This document shows positions 13,450-23,598 of a DNA stretch of 44,450 nucleotides, piece after piece. Source of the stretch: a virus. How positions within the stretch are numbered: position 1 is the first letter of the stretch; every line of letters begins with the position of its first letter. The DNA lies in the IMG/VR virus record IMGVR_UViG_3300011005_000524, positions 1 through 44,450 of that record, one strand, 5' to 3'. Both the position numbers and the translations under genes were made by a program. The notes beneath the pieces were generated by a model, which ran no database searches, was not told the DNA's origin, and saw only the letters and a list, made by a program, of their open reading frames with translations.

Positions 13450-14413
13450 CCCCTCGCAAGGTCAGGTTCATCCAGTGTTCTTCATTCTTGTATGTATGAG
13501 TGCATTCTTCCACAAGCATGAAATTCCGAACCTTCATATCACCCAAATCAAGATTGATCACAACCATAGACCCGGCACGAACACGATTGTCACCAAGGGC
13601 ATTTGTGATCTTCAGTTTTCGTGTCTTTTTATTGTAAAGGGATAAAAGGGCATCAGCCTTTGCCTGTCCGTTTTCACCTTCCTGAAGTGTGTCAAAGTAC
13701 TGCAAGATACCCCATTGATTGATGTGGGATGAATCCTGTGCAATATAGACTTCCCTTTTTCCCGTCTTGTCATTGTCATAGGTCAATTTGATCTTGTCAT
13801 AGGTTGCTTCATCAATGGATGAAGTATATTCAAAGTTTTGACCTGTTTCTTCATCAATCATCAGATATGCGCCGGGAACACCAACATACATCTGATCAAG
13901 TGGCTTCAAGGTCAGTTTTCCGAAGTCATCATACAAAACAAACATTTCCCCGGTGTTGGTCAATGTCAGATCAAGGGCATTTTCAACCATTTCAAATAGT
14001 GATGTGTTTTCTTCAACCCTTGATGCTATGGTGTACCCAGTATCAGCAAGTGAACCAACATTCAAACCATAGTCAGATGCAATCATCTGAATGAACTGTG
14101 AAGCCTTTTTGCCTTCATAGACTTTGGTGTCTTTGTTGTTCAAATATCGCAACTGGTCATATGCGGTGACGGTGATGATCTGATCTTTGTTCCGGCTCTG
14201 TTTGAACACGAAACCAAAAAAGACCTTTTCACCGTCAACCTTAAATCTGACCGGGCATCCTTCCGTGAAATTGATAATGTCATCCTTGATGACCTTGAAA
14301 GTCAGCCTTCCGGGGGTGCTTCTTCTTTTTGTCACCCATTCAATGCCTTCTTCAATTACTGGCTGATAGACTTTTTTGCCGTCACTGCTGCCGATTAGCA
14401 GTTCAACATTCAT
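13433..14413 (-). CDS. Baseplate hub / late control D-like protein (XkdQ-like)
   Basis: ORF 13433..14422. GGGGGGTG SD, then ATG at 14413 (MNVELLIGSSDGKKVYQPVIEEGIEWVTKRR); synteny. Confidence 0.7.
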   Translation of the reverse strand: MNVELLIGSSDGKKVYQPVIEEGIEWVTKRRSTPGRLTFKVIKDDIINFTEGCPVRFKVDGEKVFFGFVFKQSRNKDQIITVTAYDQLRYLNNKDTKVYEGKKASQFIQMIASDYGLNVGSLADTGYTIASRVEENTSLFEMVENALDLTLTNTGEMFVLYDDFGKLTLKPLDQMYVGVPGAYLMIDEETGQNFEYTSSIDEATYDKIKLTYDNDKTGKREVYIAQDSSHINQWGILQYFDTLQEGENGQAKADALLSLYNKKTRKLKITNALGDNRVRAGSMVVINLDLGDMKVRNFMLVEECTHTYKNEEHWMNLTLRGGDFVG

Positions 14414-14433
14414 TGAACACACCCCCCTTTCTT

Positions 14434-15123
14434 TTATGCTGCCGGGATCGTCAAAACCTGTCCCGGATAGATCAAGTTTGGATTGCCACCAATGACACCT
14501 TTGTTTGCATTGTAGATCACGGTGTATTTTGAACCGTTACCATAAAACTTCTTTGCAATATTCCAAAGGCAATCACCTTTGACAACCGTATATGTCTGAT
14601 TTGCAGTCGGTGTTGGTGCATTGTTGGTTTCCCTTTTCGGTTCAGGGCTTGCCGTTGGTTTCTTTGCCTGAATCTGAATGCTGACCGTCTTTGTTCCATA
14701 ATCCCGATACTGCTTTAATTTGATTTTGACCCGAAGGTCAAACCCTTCCTTTGCATCCTCTGTGATTTTGTAATCTTCCAAGGATACCTTCATGTTTGTG
14801 TTGAAGAACTTTTTGCCGTTCGGGGCTTTTCTGCAAACAATGAACTGGAAGGGTTTTTGACTGGTTTTCAATTCCTGAAACAGTTCTAAAAAGTAGCTTG
14901 CACCCTTGAACCCTGACGGATAGACCGCATACGGTTGTTTGATCTGTGGTATGTCACATTCAAATTCAATATCCGTCAATTTTGCGGTCTTTAACAAATT
15001 GATTTCCCCGTCATTGATCAGGATCACGGTTTTGTTTCCGTTGCTGATCTTGGTTGTCAACTTGTCAGGGGTGACAGGTAACAAACATTTATCCATATAA
15101 AAATCATATCCGGCTTTTGCCAT
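14434..15123 (-). CDS. LysM-domain tail protein (XkdP-like)
   Basis: C-terminal LysM: YTVVKGDCLWNIAKKFYGNGSKYTVIYNANKGVIGGNPNLIYPGQVLTIP. Confidence 0.8.
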   Translation of the reverse strand: MAKAGYDFYMDKCLLPVTPDKLTTKISNGNKTVILINDGEINLLKTAKLTDIEFECDIPQIKQPYAVYPSGFKGASYFLELFQELKTSQKPFQFIVCRKAPNGKKFFNTNMKVSLEDYKITEDAKEGFDLRVKIKLKQYRDYGTKTVSIQIQAKKPTASPEPKRETNNAPTPTANQTYTVVKGDCLWNIAKKFYGNGSKYTVIYNANKGVIGGNPNLIYPGQVLTIPAA

Positions 15124-17873
15124 TACTCATGCACCCCTTCCGTCATAATATCAACCGCTTCATTCACTGCATCGGTAAGACCTGAAACAACACCGTCCAA
15201 ATCCATGCCGTTGCTGATCTGATTCGTGTTGTTTTGTTCAATGCTGATTTCAGCGGTGGTGAATCTGTTGATTGCATCCTGTTCAGCAATGTCACGCAAA
15301 TACTTCAAATCTTCGGATGTGATGTCAAGGGAATCTGAAATGTTCCCGGTATCCCCGGCAATATCAGATAAATTGTCACCCATACCTGAATTTGCTATTG
15401 CGTTGCTGAAGCCGTCCGTATAATCCCCAGTGCCTGGAATGTCAACCGCAAGACCATCCATGAATCCGCTTAATGCATCGGAAAGACCGTCTGCAACACC
15501 ATCACCCCATGCAGCACCCGAAGCAAACGCATCTGAAGCCCAACCATCTTGGAAAGTGTCAAATGTGCTGAAGCCTTCATTGAAAGCATCACCGATTGAC
15601 GCATAATCTTCCTTGTTTCCGGCTGCTTCTGCTGCTTTGGCTGCATAATCATCTGCTGCTGCCGTGATCCCGGAATAGTCAAATTCCACGAATGGCAACT
15701 TGTTCAAGGCTTCGCATATACCTTCAACAACTGATAATGCAGTTGCCAACAGGTCATACCACCATGATTGAACACTGCAAATTGCATTGTGAAATGCCGT
15801 CATGATGTTTGAACCAAGGGCTGCGATTGCGTTACCAATTCCAAGGGCAATGTTCGCAATCGACAACCCTAAATTCTTGAAGAAAGCACCCACAACGGAA
15901 ATACCGCCACAAATCACGCCAAAGCCTGAATTTGCAACGCCCGTTAGTTTTGCAATAGCGGTTGCCACTGCAAAAATGATTGCAATGACCGCAATGATCA
16001 GGGCGATGATCCAAACAATAGGGCAAGCATACATTGCAGCATTCAACCCCATTTGTGCGGTTGTCTGCGCCCATGTTGCACCTGTTGCAATCATCGTTGC
16101 TGCTGCAACAAGACCTTTTCCCACTGCCATGATTCCGGCTGCTGCTGCCGATGCAAGTTCAATTCCTTTTACAATGCCAAGGTAAGTTGCATAAACTGCA
16201 AGTGCTGCAATGACACCATAAATGATTGGACTGATCCATGACCAGTTATCAGCAATCACCTGACCGACCTGACCGACCATATCAAAGATGTCTAAAAGCA
16301 CCCCGGCAAGAATCGCCATTGCTTCAATCGCACCATTGACAAAGGTTTGAAATGCTTCACTGTTTGCTATATCGTTCAAACGCTGAAGAACAGGTCTGAA
16401 TGCGACAAGTGCGGTGTTCTGCATTCCTTGCCAAATCTGCCCCCATGTTTGGGGCATTTCATTAAACTTTGCATTGATGTCATCCGCTGATGCAAAGATT
16501 GCAGCTTTTACAATATCGGCGGTCAATTCACCTTCAGAAGCCATTTCCCTGATCGCACCGATAGGAACATCAAGGTAGTCTGTAATGCTCTGAATCAAAT
16601 TCGGTGCTTGTTCAAAGATTGAATTTAATTCATCACCACGCAATACACCTGAACCAAGTGCTTGTGATAACTGAAGCATTGCATTTGACGCTTCTGTTGT
16701 CCCGGCTCCGGCAATGGTCATCTGCTTCTGTACCAAATCAGCAAATGCAACCACTTCTTCACTTGAACTGAATGCATCCTTTGCGTTGTTACCAAAACGG
16801 GCAACCACATCAGCCATATCACCGAAAGAACCCCTTGCGTCTTGTGCTGCTGCATAGACCATGTTTGTCAGTTCTTCCGTTGACTGCAAGCCATCATTCA
16901 TCATGTCAAGTCTTGCGGTTGTGGTTGTCAGTTCATCCGATATATTAAGGGCTTTTCCGATTGTTGCAATAGAAAGATATGCACCAACCGCCCCTTTTAT
17001 TGTCCGTGTTAACTGGTCAGCCATTGCGTTTCCTTCTTCAATCGCACTGTTGAACTGACCTTGTTCATTCACATTGTCCCTGATATAGCGTTCGGTGTTT
17101 CCAACCGTCCGGGACAAGTTCAGATATGCAGCGTTTGCCCTTTCAACATCCATGTTCTGAACGGCTCTGTTCAGATCGTCTTGCGCTGAAAGTGCATCTG
17201 CTAATTGTGATCTTAATTCTTCCAGTCCGGCATTCGCTTCATCCGTCCCAACATTCATGGGGTTGGATGTGATCTGATTGATGCGGTCACGGATCATGTC
17301 AATCCTGACTGCTAAACTGTTCAAATCTTGCGCTGCTTGCGGTGGAAAGATGTTTGTGTTCCATGCTTGTTTTGCAACGGCATCCTGTGTTGCGTTCAAC
17401 TGCTGAAGCATAGATTCAGCACTTGAAACTTCCTGACGGAATCTGTCAATCCCCGTCCCGGTAAACACATCAGCCATATTGTCAACATTCCATGTGACAG
17501 GAAGGTCAACGGGATCAGGCGGTGCATTCGGTAGAACTTCAACGGGTATCGGATCAGGATTTTCCACCAATGGATCAGGAATAATCGGTTCAACTTCAAC
17601 ATTGATGACTTCCTGACCACCGGGGGCAACTTGCGGTGCTAATGCATCGGGTGCATTCTGTCCTGCCATTGCAGCATTGAACTGATCCATTGCAACAGTC
17701 GCTTCATTCAGGGATTCCCGGACACCTTCAATCCCGGATGTATCAACATCCGCATTCATGGTGTTCTGCATGGATTCCATACTGCTGACCGCAATGTTGA
17801 CCGCACTGATGATCCCATAGATCACACTTGAAAACTGGTCATTCAATTCAATTCCTGTTTGGATTCCGCTCAC
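15123..17873 (-). CDS. Tail tape measure protein (916 aa)
   Basis: Size, position after the frameshifted chaperone, Ala/Gly-rich helical sequence with central hydrophobic segments. GTG start preceded by AGGGAG. Confidence 0.85.
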   Translation of the reverse strand: MSGIQTGIELNDQFSSVIYGIISAVNIAVSSMESMQNTMNADVDTSGIEGVRESLNEATVAMDQFNAAMAGQNAPDALAPQVAPGGQEVINVEVEPIIPDPLVENPDPIPVEVLPNAPPDPVDLPVTWNVDNMADVFTGTGIDRFRQEVSSAESMLQQLNATQDAVAKQAWNTNIFPPQAAQDLNSLAVRIDMIRDRINQITSNPMNVGTDEANAGLEELRSQLADALSAQDDLNRAVQNMDVERANAAYLNLSRTVGNTERYIRDNVNEQGQFNSAIEEGNAMADQLTRTIKGAVGAYLSIATIGKALNISDELTTTTARLDMMNDGLQSTEELTNMVYAAAQDARGSFGDMADVVARFGNNAKDAFSSSEEVVAFADLVQKQMTIAGAGTTEASNAMLQLSQALGSGVLRGDELNSIFEQAPNLIQSITDYLDVPIGAIREMASEGELTADIVKAAIFASADDINAKFNEMPQTWGQIWQGMQNTALVAFRPVLQRLNDIANSEAFQTFVNGAIEAMAILAGVLLDIFDMVGQVGQVIADNWSWISPIIYGVIAALAVYATYLGIVKGIELASAAAAGIMAVGKGLVAAATMIATGATWAQTTAQMGLNAAMYACPIVWIIALIIAVIAIIFAVATAIAKLTGVANSGFGVICGGISVVGAFFKNLGLSIANIALGIGNAIAALGSNIMTAFHNAICSVQSWWYDLLATALSVVEGICEALNKLPFVEFDYSGITAAADDYAAKAAEAAGNKEDYASIGDAFNEGFSTFDTFQDGWASDAFASGAAWGDGVADGLSDALSGFMDGLAVDIPGTGDYTDGFSNAIANSGMGDNLSDIAGDTGNISDSLDITSEDLKYLRDIAEQDAINRFTTAEISIEQNNTNQISNGMDLDGVVSGLTDAVNEAVDIMTEGVHE

Positions 17874-17890
17874 CGCTTTTCACTCCCTTT

Positions 17891-18085
17891 CTAATGTTTT
17901 TTGCCTTTTCTTTCTGCTTCTTTCTTGGCTTTCTTATCTGCTTCAATCTTCAGTTTAATTGATGCAATGACAAAAGCCTTTTCCTGTTCATCCATAGACG
18001 CAAATTGTGAAGGTAAGATGTGGAATTTCAGCAGTGCATAATAGGCATAATTGCTTTCCGCATCCCCTTCATCAATTAGTTTTTT
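17891..18085 (-). CDS. -1 frameshift extension of the tail assembly chaperone (gpT-like part)
   Basis: Open -1 frame from the slippery site to TAG at 17893..17891: LIDEGDAESNYAYYALLKFHILPSQFASMDEQEKAFVIASIKLKIEADKKAKKEAERKGKKH. No own start codon or SD. Confidence 0.7.
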   Translation of the reverse strand, partial: KKLIDEGDAESNYAYYALLKFHILPSQFASMDEQEKAFVIASIKLKIEADKKAKKEAERKGKKH

Positions 18086-18507
18086 GCTTCTTCAACCTTA
18101 TCTTCAAGGCTTTTTGTAAAACCCTGAAAACGCTGCATCCAAAGTGTAAATTCCTGATATTCTCCGGCATCATCCACCATTGCATATAGCAAATCTTCAG
18201 GTGTTTTCACGCCGTATGAATCCTGAAGTTCGGAATCATAAAGATCAGGAAAGACCGTTGCAGCAACAATCATCTTTGCAATGTATTTTGCCGTGTCAGT
18301 TTTAGGTCTGAACAGGTTAGGCTTGCCCGTCACCTGAACTTCAACGGTGCAAGAATCACGCAACTGTTCATTTTCCTTGGATGTGATGTGTCTGAACTCC
18401 CACAAAAGGGATTCACCCTTTTCATTCTTTAGGGTTGTGGTAGGTGCATACTTTGCATTTTCCTTCTGCACCTTGTTCTGTTTCATAAATGCAGTAAATT
18501 TTGACAT
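18076..18507 (-). CDS. Tail assembly chaperone (XkdN-like, gpG-like zero-frame product)
   Basis: MSKFTAFMKQNKVQKENAKYAPTTTLKNEKGESLLWEFRHITSKENEQLRD pattern; lies between tube and tape measure. Confidence 0.75.
   Translation of the reverse strand: MSKFTAFMKQNKVQKENAKYAPTTTLKNEKGESLLWEFRHITSKENEQLRDSCTVEVQVTGKPNLFRPKTDTAKYIAKMIVAATVFPDLYDSELQDSYGVKTPEDLLYAMVDDAGEYQEFTLWMQRFQGFTKSLEDKVEEAKN
18079..18085 (-). promoter_or_regulatory. Slippery heptamer A_AAA_AAC for programmed -1 ribosomal frameshifting
   Basis: Minus strand reads GCA AAA AAC TAA. The heptamer is immediately 5' of the zero-frame stop codon. Confidence 0.7.
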
Positions 18508-18543
18508 AGCCTTTTATTCCTTTCTGTTGTTCGTTGTTATAGA

Positions 18544-18590
18544 AAAAGCCCCTCATATGACCGCATATGACAGTCACACAAGGGGCTTTT
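18544..18590 (-). terminator. Intrinsic terminator after the tail tube gene
   Basis: AAAAGCCCCT (18544-18553) / AGGGGCTTTT (18581-18590). On the minus strand the stem is followed by TTTTTCT. Confidence 0.6.
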
Positions 18591-18601
18591 TACCATTTGC
18601 A

Positions 18602-19087
18602 TCAGTTGGTAAGAAACCCGGTCAGATTGCTGAAGGATTCAGGCATTGAAAAGTCCTCAAAAGTGCCTTCGATCTCTTCATCAAGATATTCGCCGTCAGC
18701 ATCGAACTTTGACAGAATACCGCCGTCAGTATTGCAGTCATAAAAAATCAATGTCTGCCTTCCGGCATCCGAAGTCGGATCATCGTTCGTGATCTGCATT
18801 TCAAAATACACATCAGCCCCGGTGTTCTTGTAGTCAAGTAACGCCTGACGCATAACCGACTGATTATAGTGCGCCGTTCCGCTGAAAGTTCCTTCCATAC
18901 CGCATGACTTATGACCAACCATGATTGCACCCAAACGGGGAACGCTTGCCTTGGTCTTTTCAACCTTGACTTCCATGTCGATCATCTGCATGAAATTGTA
19001 TCTGCGTGTGCCAATCGTGATATAGCATTCAGCAAGTTTTGCTGCAATGGTATCACGGGCTTTCATCATAACATTTGACATCTTCAT
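18602..19087 (-). CDS. Tail tube protein (XkdM-like)
   Basis: Follows the sheath gene; ARDTIAAKLAECYITIGTRRYNFMQMIDMEVKVEK...GTFSGTAHYNQSV pattern. Confidence 0.8.
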   Translation of the reverse strand: MKMSNVMMKARDTIAAKLAECYITIGTRRYNFMQMIDMEVKVEKTKASVPRLGAIMVGHKSCGMEGTFSGTAHYNQSVMRQALLDYKNTGADVYFEMQITNDDPTSDAGRQTLIFYDCNTDGGILSKFDADGEYLDEEIEGTFEDFSMPESFSNLTGFLTN

Positions 19088-19100
19088 TCACCCCTTTCCT

Positions 19101-20414
19101 TTACTGAACAACAACGGTCATATACAACTTCGACATTGCATTGACAACCGTGATGACAGAATTGACAAGAACCGCCTTTTTCGTGTCACCCTGTTCAATG
19201 GTCACATCGGAATCTGCGAAGTTCTCAATCGCTCCCAAATCCTGAAGCTGCTGACGAAGTTTCACAAGGTCAGACCAAAGGGATGTGCGCCCGGATGCAT
19301 TGTTCGGTACAACTCCAAGATACTTGGTGTTAAACAGAACCGCATCATCGTTTCCGATCTGATCAATCACACGGATTGTCTGATTGTCCTTGAAAACATC
19401 CCCACAATCATCAGAAGTTGTGACCATTGTGTTGATGTCCTCTAAAACACGAACATCCGCATTAACCTGATGAAGCATAAACTTCCCGGCTTTGATTGCA
19501 GCTTTCAACTGTGTCTGTGTGTAGTTCACATCAACAGTATATTCGCCGTTATACTTTTTGTTCTGAACCGACTTGTTGACTTCACATCCGGCTTCCTGAC
19601 CAGTTACCCAGTAAACAAGTTCAGCACCCATTGCACCTGTGTCTGTGACCGCATTTTCAACGGAAATCACACCCATGTAGTCAGGGGTTGTGTACTTGTA
19701 AAGTACCAACTGGAACTTGATACCCATATCATCACGAAGCCTTCTGACAAATGCTGCATAAAGTGCCTTGATCGTTGCTTCCGTAGTTACAACGCCCATG
19801 GTGTTGTAGGTATAGGATTCGATCTTGTCAAGATATGCCTGATGATTCGTCCCGGTCACGGTTGCATTTGTTCCACCCGTCAAAGGTGTTGCAGCGGTGA
19901 CGGCAAGTGTTGCATCGGATTTGAAGTCAACAAAATCATTGTTGACAAGTCCGGCTGCATCCACAACGCCCTTCTGTTCGTCAACCGTTACCGTTCCAAG
20001 AATAGTGGTGACATCGAACTTGTCACTGTCATCCACATTTGCAGCAATCTTGATCTTGGTGTCATTACCCCTTGTTCCGGCATATTTTGCAGTCGCAAAA
20101 GTGTTTGCTGCTTTAGCACCACCGCCGTTCAGACGGTAAATGTATGCAGTCTTTGCACCAAGGAACAAATCACGAAGTCCTTTCAGTTTGGGATCATCAT
20201 AGGAATACCCAAGGATCTTCAGACTGTTCTTCTGAAAATCTTCATTTGTCAGTTCAAAGACTTCATCCGTTGCACCCCAGTCAAGCTCAAGGGGCATTGT
20301 CGCAATACCTCTGTCAGAAAGTGCAGCGGATGCACTTGCAGCACTGACAAAATTGATGTATGCACCGGGAAGTTCTTTGTTCTGTACTGACCAACTACCA
20401 CCACCTAATGCCAT
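19101..20414 (-). CDS. Contractile tail sheath protein (XkdK-like)
   Basis: MALGGGSWSVQNKELPGAYINFVSAA N-terminus is typical of phage sheath proteins; 437 aa; precedes the tube gene. Confidence 0.85.
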   Translation of the reverse strand: MALGGGSWSVQNKELPGAYINFVSAASASAALSDRGIATMPLELDWGATDEVFELTNEDFQKNSLKILGYSYDDPKLKGLRDLFLGAKTAYIYRLNGGGAKAANTFATAKYAGTRGNDTKIKIAANVDDSDKFDVTTILGTVTVDEQKGVVDAAGLVNNDFVDFKSDATLAVTAATPLTGGTNATVTGTNHQAYLDKIESYTYNTMGVVTTEATIKALYAAFVRRLRDDMGIKFQLVLYKYTTPDYMGVISVENAVTDTGAMGAELVYWVTGQEAGCEVNKSVQNKKYNGEYTVDVNYTQTQLKAAIKAGKFMLHQVNADVRVLEDINTMVTTSDDCGDVFKDNQTIRVIDQIGNDDAVLFNTKYLGVVPNNASGRTSLWSDLVKLRQQLQDLGAIENFADSDVTIEQGDTKKAVLVNSVITVVNAMSKLYMTVVVQ

Positions 20415-20416
20415 AT

Positions 20417-20635
20417 TTATTCACCTTTCCTTTCTTCACCAGTCATGAAGGACTGGATTATTGTTTCAACTTCTTCCTTGGTGTATTCTTTGGAATCATC
20501 CAAAAGGGCATTCACCAAATCCCTTTTTCCCTGATACATTTCAGATTCAAGGAACTGTTTCTTTGTGAACCTTAATTCCTTGACTTCTTCAGCAACCGCA
20601 TCAGGCTTTTCAACTGAATGTTTCTTTGCAGCCAT
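20417..20635 (-). CDS. Hypothetical 72-aa protein between the neck and sheath genes
   Basis: Co-oriented ORF, tightly spaced; no motif recognised. Confidence 0.5.
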   Translation of the reverse strand: MAAKKHSVEKPDAVAEEVKELRFTKKQFLESEMYQGKRDLVNALLDDSKEYTKEEVETIIQSFMTGEERKGE

Positions 20636-20654
20636 TTTTCACCGTTCCTTTCTG

Positions 20655-21104
20655 TCATTCTGTTGGGATCGTTACGGATTCCATTGTTTCCATTGCATCA
20701 TTGCTTTCTGCTTTGTTCATGAAGCAGTTATAATCAACCATGAAATTCAACACGCCGTTTGCAATTTCAAAGTGCATTTCACCGCCCCTGATAGGTTTTG
20801 ATTCGTCTGCTTCAGCATCCGCATCATAAAGCGTTATATATTCAAGGCAACCATAAAGCCGTTCAGCCACATCATGACATTCCCGGTGATAATCGTGATC
20901 CTTCGGAAAATACTGGATCACAAAATGGTTTTGCCTGAAATAACGCCGATTCAGAAACAGTTCATGCGAAGGGTTCAAGCATTGAACGAAAAAACAGGGT
21001 TCTTCAAGCCCCTGTTCGATAGATTCCATATAACACTTGTAACCTTCACCAAATTCAGCAAATATTGCCGTGCTGATTGCTTCTATGATCTGATTCAACA
21101 TCAC
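20655..21104 (-). CDS. Tail completion/terminator-like protein (assigned by position)
   Basis: Position upstream of the sheath gene; IEQGLEEPCFFVQCLNPSHE motif recalled from Xkd-type neck proteins. Confidence 0.45.
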   Translation of the reverse strand: MMLNQIIEAISTAIFAEFGEGYKCYMESIEQGLEEPCFFVQCLNPSHELFLNRRYFRQNHFVIQYFPKDHDYHRECHDVAERLYGCLEYITLYDADAEADESKPIRGGEMHFEIANGVLNFMVDYNCFMNKAESNDAMETMESVTIPTE

Positions 21105-21571
21105 TTCATCACCCCTTGCAGATATTTCTTGATCTTTCTTTCAAGCACTTGGGGGGCAATGCTCCGAAGTTCGTTTTCTGAAATTGTCATCATGAATTGA
21201 CCTTTGACCCAACCTTTATGGTTCGGGGTTCTATGTCCGTATTCCACATATGCAGCATATTCAACCGGGTTCACAATTTCGATGACATAAGTTCCACCAA
21301 AATGATTCACCTTCAATGATTCTGCATAGTTGGTTGCATCAACTCTTTTCTGACCCGTCCAACCTCTCCGAAGTGTACCGCCCTTTTTGCCTGATCCTGA
21401 CGGATGTTCCCCGACAGGTGTTCTTTTGATGACCTTTGCAAGCAGCCTTGCAGCAAGTTCTTTTGCACACGCTTCCACAAAGGCATCAGGGTCTTGCAAC
21501 TTCTGCAATTCTTCCTGAAACTTTTTCAATTCCCTGATGTTCAGGTTTCCATACTTTCCCATTATGACCAC
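21101..21571 (-). CDS. HK97 gp10-family tail/neck protein
   Basis: AKELAARLLAKVIKRTPVG...GGTLRRGWT...VEYAAYVEYGHRT pattern. Confidence 0.7.
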   Translation of the reverse strand: MVIMGKYGNLNIRELKKFQEELQKLQDPDAFVEACAKELAARLLAKVIKRTPVGEHPSGSGKKGGTLRRGWTGQKRVDATNYAESLKVNHFGGTYVIEIVNPVEYAAYVEYGHRTPNHKGWVKGQFMMTISENELRSIAPQVLERKIKKYLQGVMK

Positions 21572-21954
21572 CGTTCAAACAGTTCAAGAATGATTTCTTG
21601 GTGGGTGTCATAGACTGCCGGAACACCGCTATGTGTATAATCCCCGGTTGTCCCTGATTGAACCACCGTGATCTTTGAACCCGGTTTGATTGTGACATCA
21701 GGTGCAATGAACAATTTTGTGATCTGCGTGATCTCTGCTGCTGATCCGCTTTGATTTGCAGCCGTTATTGTTTCAAAGGACAGGTGACAAGCCTGATCCT
21801 GAAAGACAACCACATCATTATGCGTTGTCAGGTGTGACCTTTCATCCGTTACTTCTTGACGCTCCGTGACGGTGCATAATCCGTCATAATGTGCTGCTTC
21901 AAATGCAGCCCTTGCCCTTGCACGGGCTTTCTGTACGGCATTACTTGTTACCAT
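21562..21954 (-). CDS. Head closure / head-tail adaptor protein
   Basis: Size and position between the connector and the gp10-like gene; overlapping start/stop coupling. Confidence 0.5.
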   Translation of the reverse strand: MVTSNAVQKARARARAAFEAAHYDGLCTVTERQEVTDERSHLTTHNDVVVFQDQACHLSFETITAANQSGSAAEITQITKLFIAPDVTIKPGSKITVVQSGTTGDYTHSGVPAVYDTHQEIILELFERWS

Positions 21955-22355
21955 CTTAAACGCCTAAACGAATTAAATTCGTCCTTTCCGTAGGATAGAA
22001 GATAGTTGATGAAGGCGGTCAACCTTTGTTCAGGGGTCTTTGAACCGTCACCGATTGCAAAAACCGTGTTAGTGTCCCCTGTCTGAATCTGTTTCACTGC
22101 TGCATCAAGGTCAAATCCCGATAGGTCATCGGGTGCAAATGTCATCTTTCCGTTCAAGAACTCACCACAAGCCATGTCAATAGCAATGTGAACAAGTCCT
22201 TCAGGAACTTCAGCCCAGTTAATTTCATTCTTGATCGTGCTTCCGACTTTGCCAACAACAAAGGTCAAGGACGCTTCATCAGCATCCTTGACCGTGTAAC
22301 CAAGTGAAGCAAGACGGGCTTTCACGCTTTCCACATCAAATGTCATTGCATTCAC
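21948..22355 (-). CDS. Head-tail connector (gp6-like), assigned by position
   Basis: Immediately downstream of the major capsid gene; 135 aa. Confidence 0.45.
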   Translation of the reverse strand: MNAMTFDVESVKARLASLGYTVKDADEASLTFVVGKVGSTIKNEINWAEVPEGLVHIAIDMACGEFLNGKMTFAPDDLSGFDLDAAVKQIQTGDTNTVFAIGDGSKTPEQRLTAFINYLLSYGKDEFNSFRRLRW

Positions 22356-22370
22356 CCAACCTTTCCCGGC

Positions 22371-23579
22371 TTAACCTCTTGAAATGATCCTTGCAATAGC
22401 AATTGCCTTGTGATTGATGTAGCTGCGATCAGCAGCATTCTGTTCACCAGTATGCACAAGAACCCAGTTAGCACCGTTTTCAAGTTCCGCATCAGTAGGT
22501 GAATTTGTTGCCTGACTAACTTTTTCATAAGAAATGCCAAAAGGTGCGAACACTTTACGCTGACGAACATACAGTGTATCTTCACCGCCGTTGTGCTTTG
22601 CATCCCTTGCCATTTCATAAGGAACTTTTGCGCCAATGTCCTCAAAACTGATCACGCCCGTACCAAGTACATATGTGATGTAGTTGGTATCAAAGGATGT
22701 TCCTTCGTAGTATGTACCAATGTCAGAAACATCCGGCTCTGCAACGGGGGTGTAAACATAGTTAGGAGAAGAACCGCTTCTTGTGTAGTAGGTCTTTCCG
22801 GCAACAAGTGCAACATCAGAAGTCTTTGCGTATGCGTTGGGGGTTTCAAAAGTCGGCATTTCGTCATCAATGACAACCAACTTTCCGTTCCATGTTCCAA
22901 GGTCAAGATCACGCTGAACACCGTCTTTGTCGGTGTACTTCAGATGTTCAAGAAGGTTCAAGTTTTCAAGCCCGGTGGAAACATCGGAATGCATGAAAAC
23001 AAGGGTGAACTTCTTCTTGTTTGCACCACACGCCTTGTTGGTTGCGGTGTTCAGGGTAGTTGCACCAACTGTCTTGGTGGTTTCCCCGGTAATGTCAAGG
23101 GTGTGCTTCTGTACGAACTCAACGGACTTTGTATCACCGCTCATGCTGAAGATACCCTTCAGAACTGCAAGGATTGTGTCCTGATCAAGACCGTCCTTGT
23201 ATTCAGCAACCTGATCAGCGATATTCTGCATGAAGTCAACGCCACCTGTGATGTCATAGCTGAAATCACGCTCAACAAAACCCTTTGCACGACCAACCAC
23301 AACAACACCCTGTTCAAAGGTCTTTGTGCTGCTTGCGGTGATGTCGGTCTGACCGTCATAGTTGACTGCATCACCTTCAAGAAGTCCACGCATAGCAATT
23401 CTTGCGTAACCCGTGCCGTTCTGTGAAGAAAATGCATCACGGATGTCAGGGTTTCCGGCAAGTGCCTTTGACTTCTTGATCTCGTTCATCTTCAGGTTGG
23501 GAACACGCCCCACCATGTACTTGAATGCTTCCGCATTGAAACTTTTTGAATCAAACTTTGTATTCGGCATTATTTTCAC
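22371..23579 (-). CDS. Major capsid protein
   Basis: 402 aa directly after the scaffold gene; strong SD. The long antisense ORF 22593..23426 is judged spurious. Confidence 0.8.
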   Translation of the reverse strand: MKIMPNTKFDSKSFNAEAFKYMVGRVPNLKMNEIKKSKALAGNPDIRDAFSSQNGTGYARIAMRGLLEGDAVNYDGQTDITASSTKTFEQGVVVVGRAKGFVERDFSYDITGGVDFMQNIADQVAEYKDGLDQDTILAVLKGIFSMSGDTKSVEFVQKHTLDITGETTKTVGATTLNTATNKACGANKKKFTLVFMHSDVSTGLENLNLLEHLKYTDKDGVQRDLDLGTWNGKLVVIDDEMPTFETPNAYAKTSDVALVAGKTYYTRSGSSPNYVYTPVAEPDVSDIGTYYEGTSFDTNYITYVLGTGVISFEDIGAKVPYEMARDAKHNGGEDTLYVRQRKVFAPFGISYEKVSQATNSPTDAELENGANWVLVHTGEQNAADRSYINHKAIAIARIISRG

Positions 23580-23598
23580 CTATCCTTTCTTTTGTGAA

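Noticed and set aside
19470-20390. 306-aa plus-strand ORF antisense to the sheath gene; similarly 22593..23426 (277 aa) antisense to the capsid gene
   Set aside because: Both lie entirely inside well-supported minus-strand structural genes. Both have Cys/Val/Phe-rich, low-plausibility composition, with no SD or promoter. This is typical of shadow ORFs.
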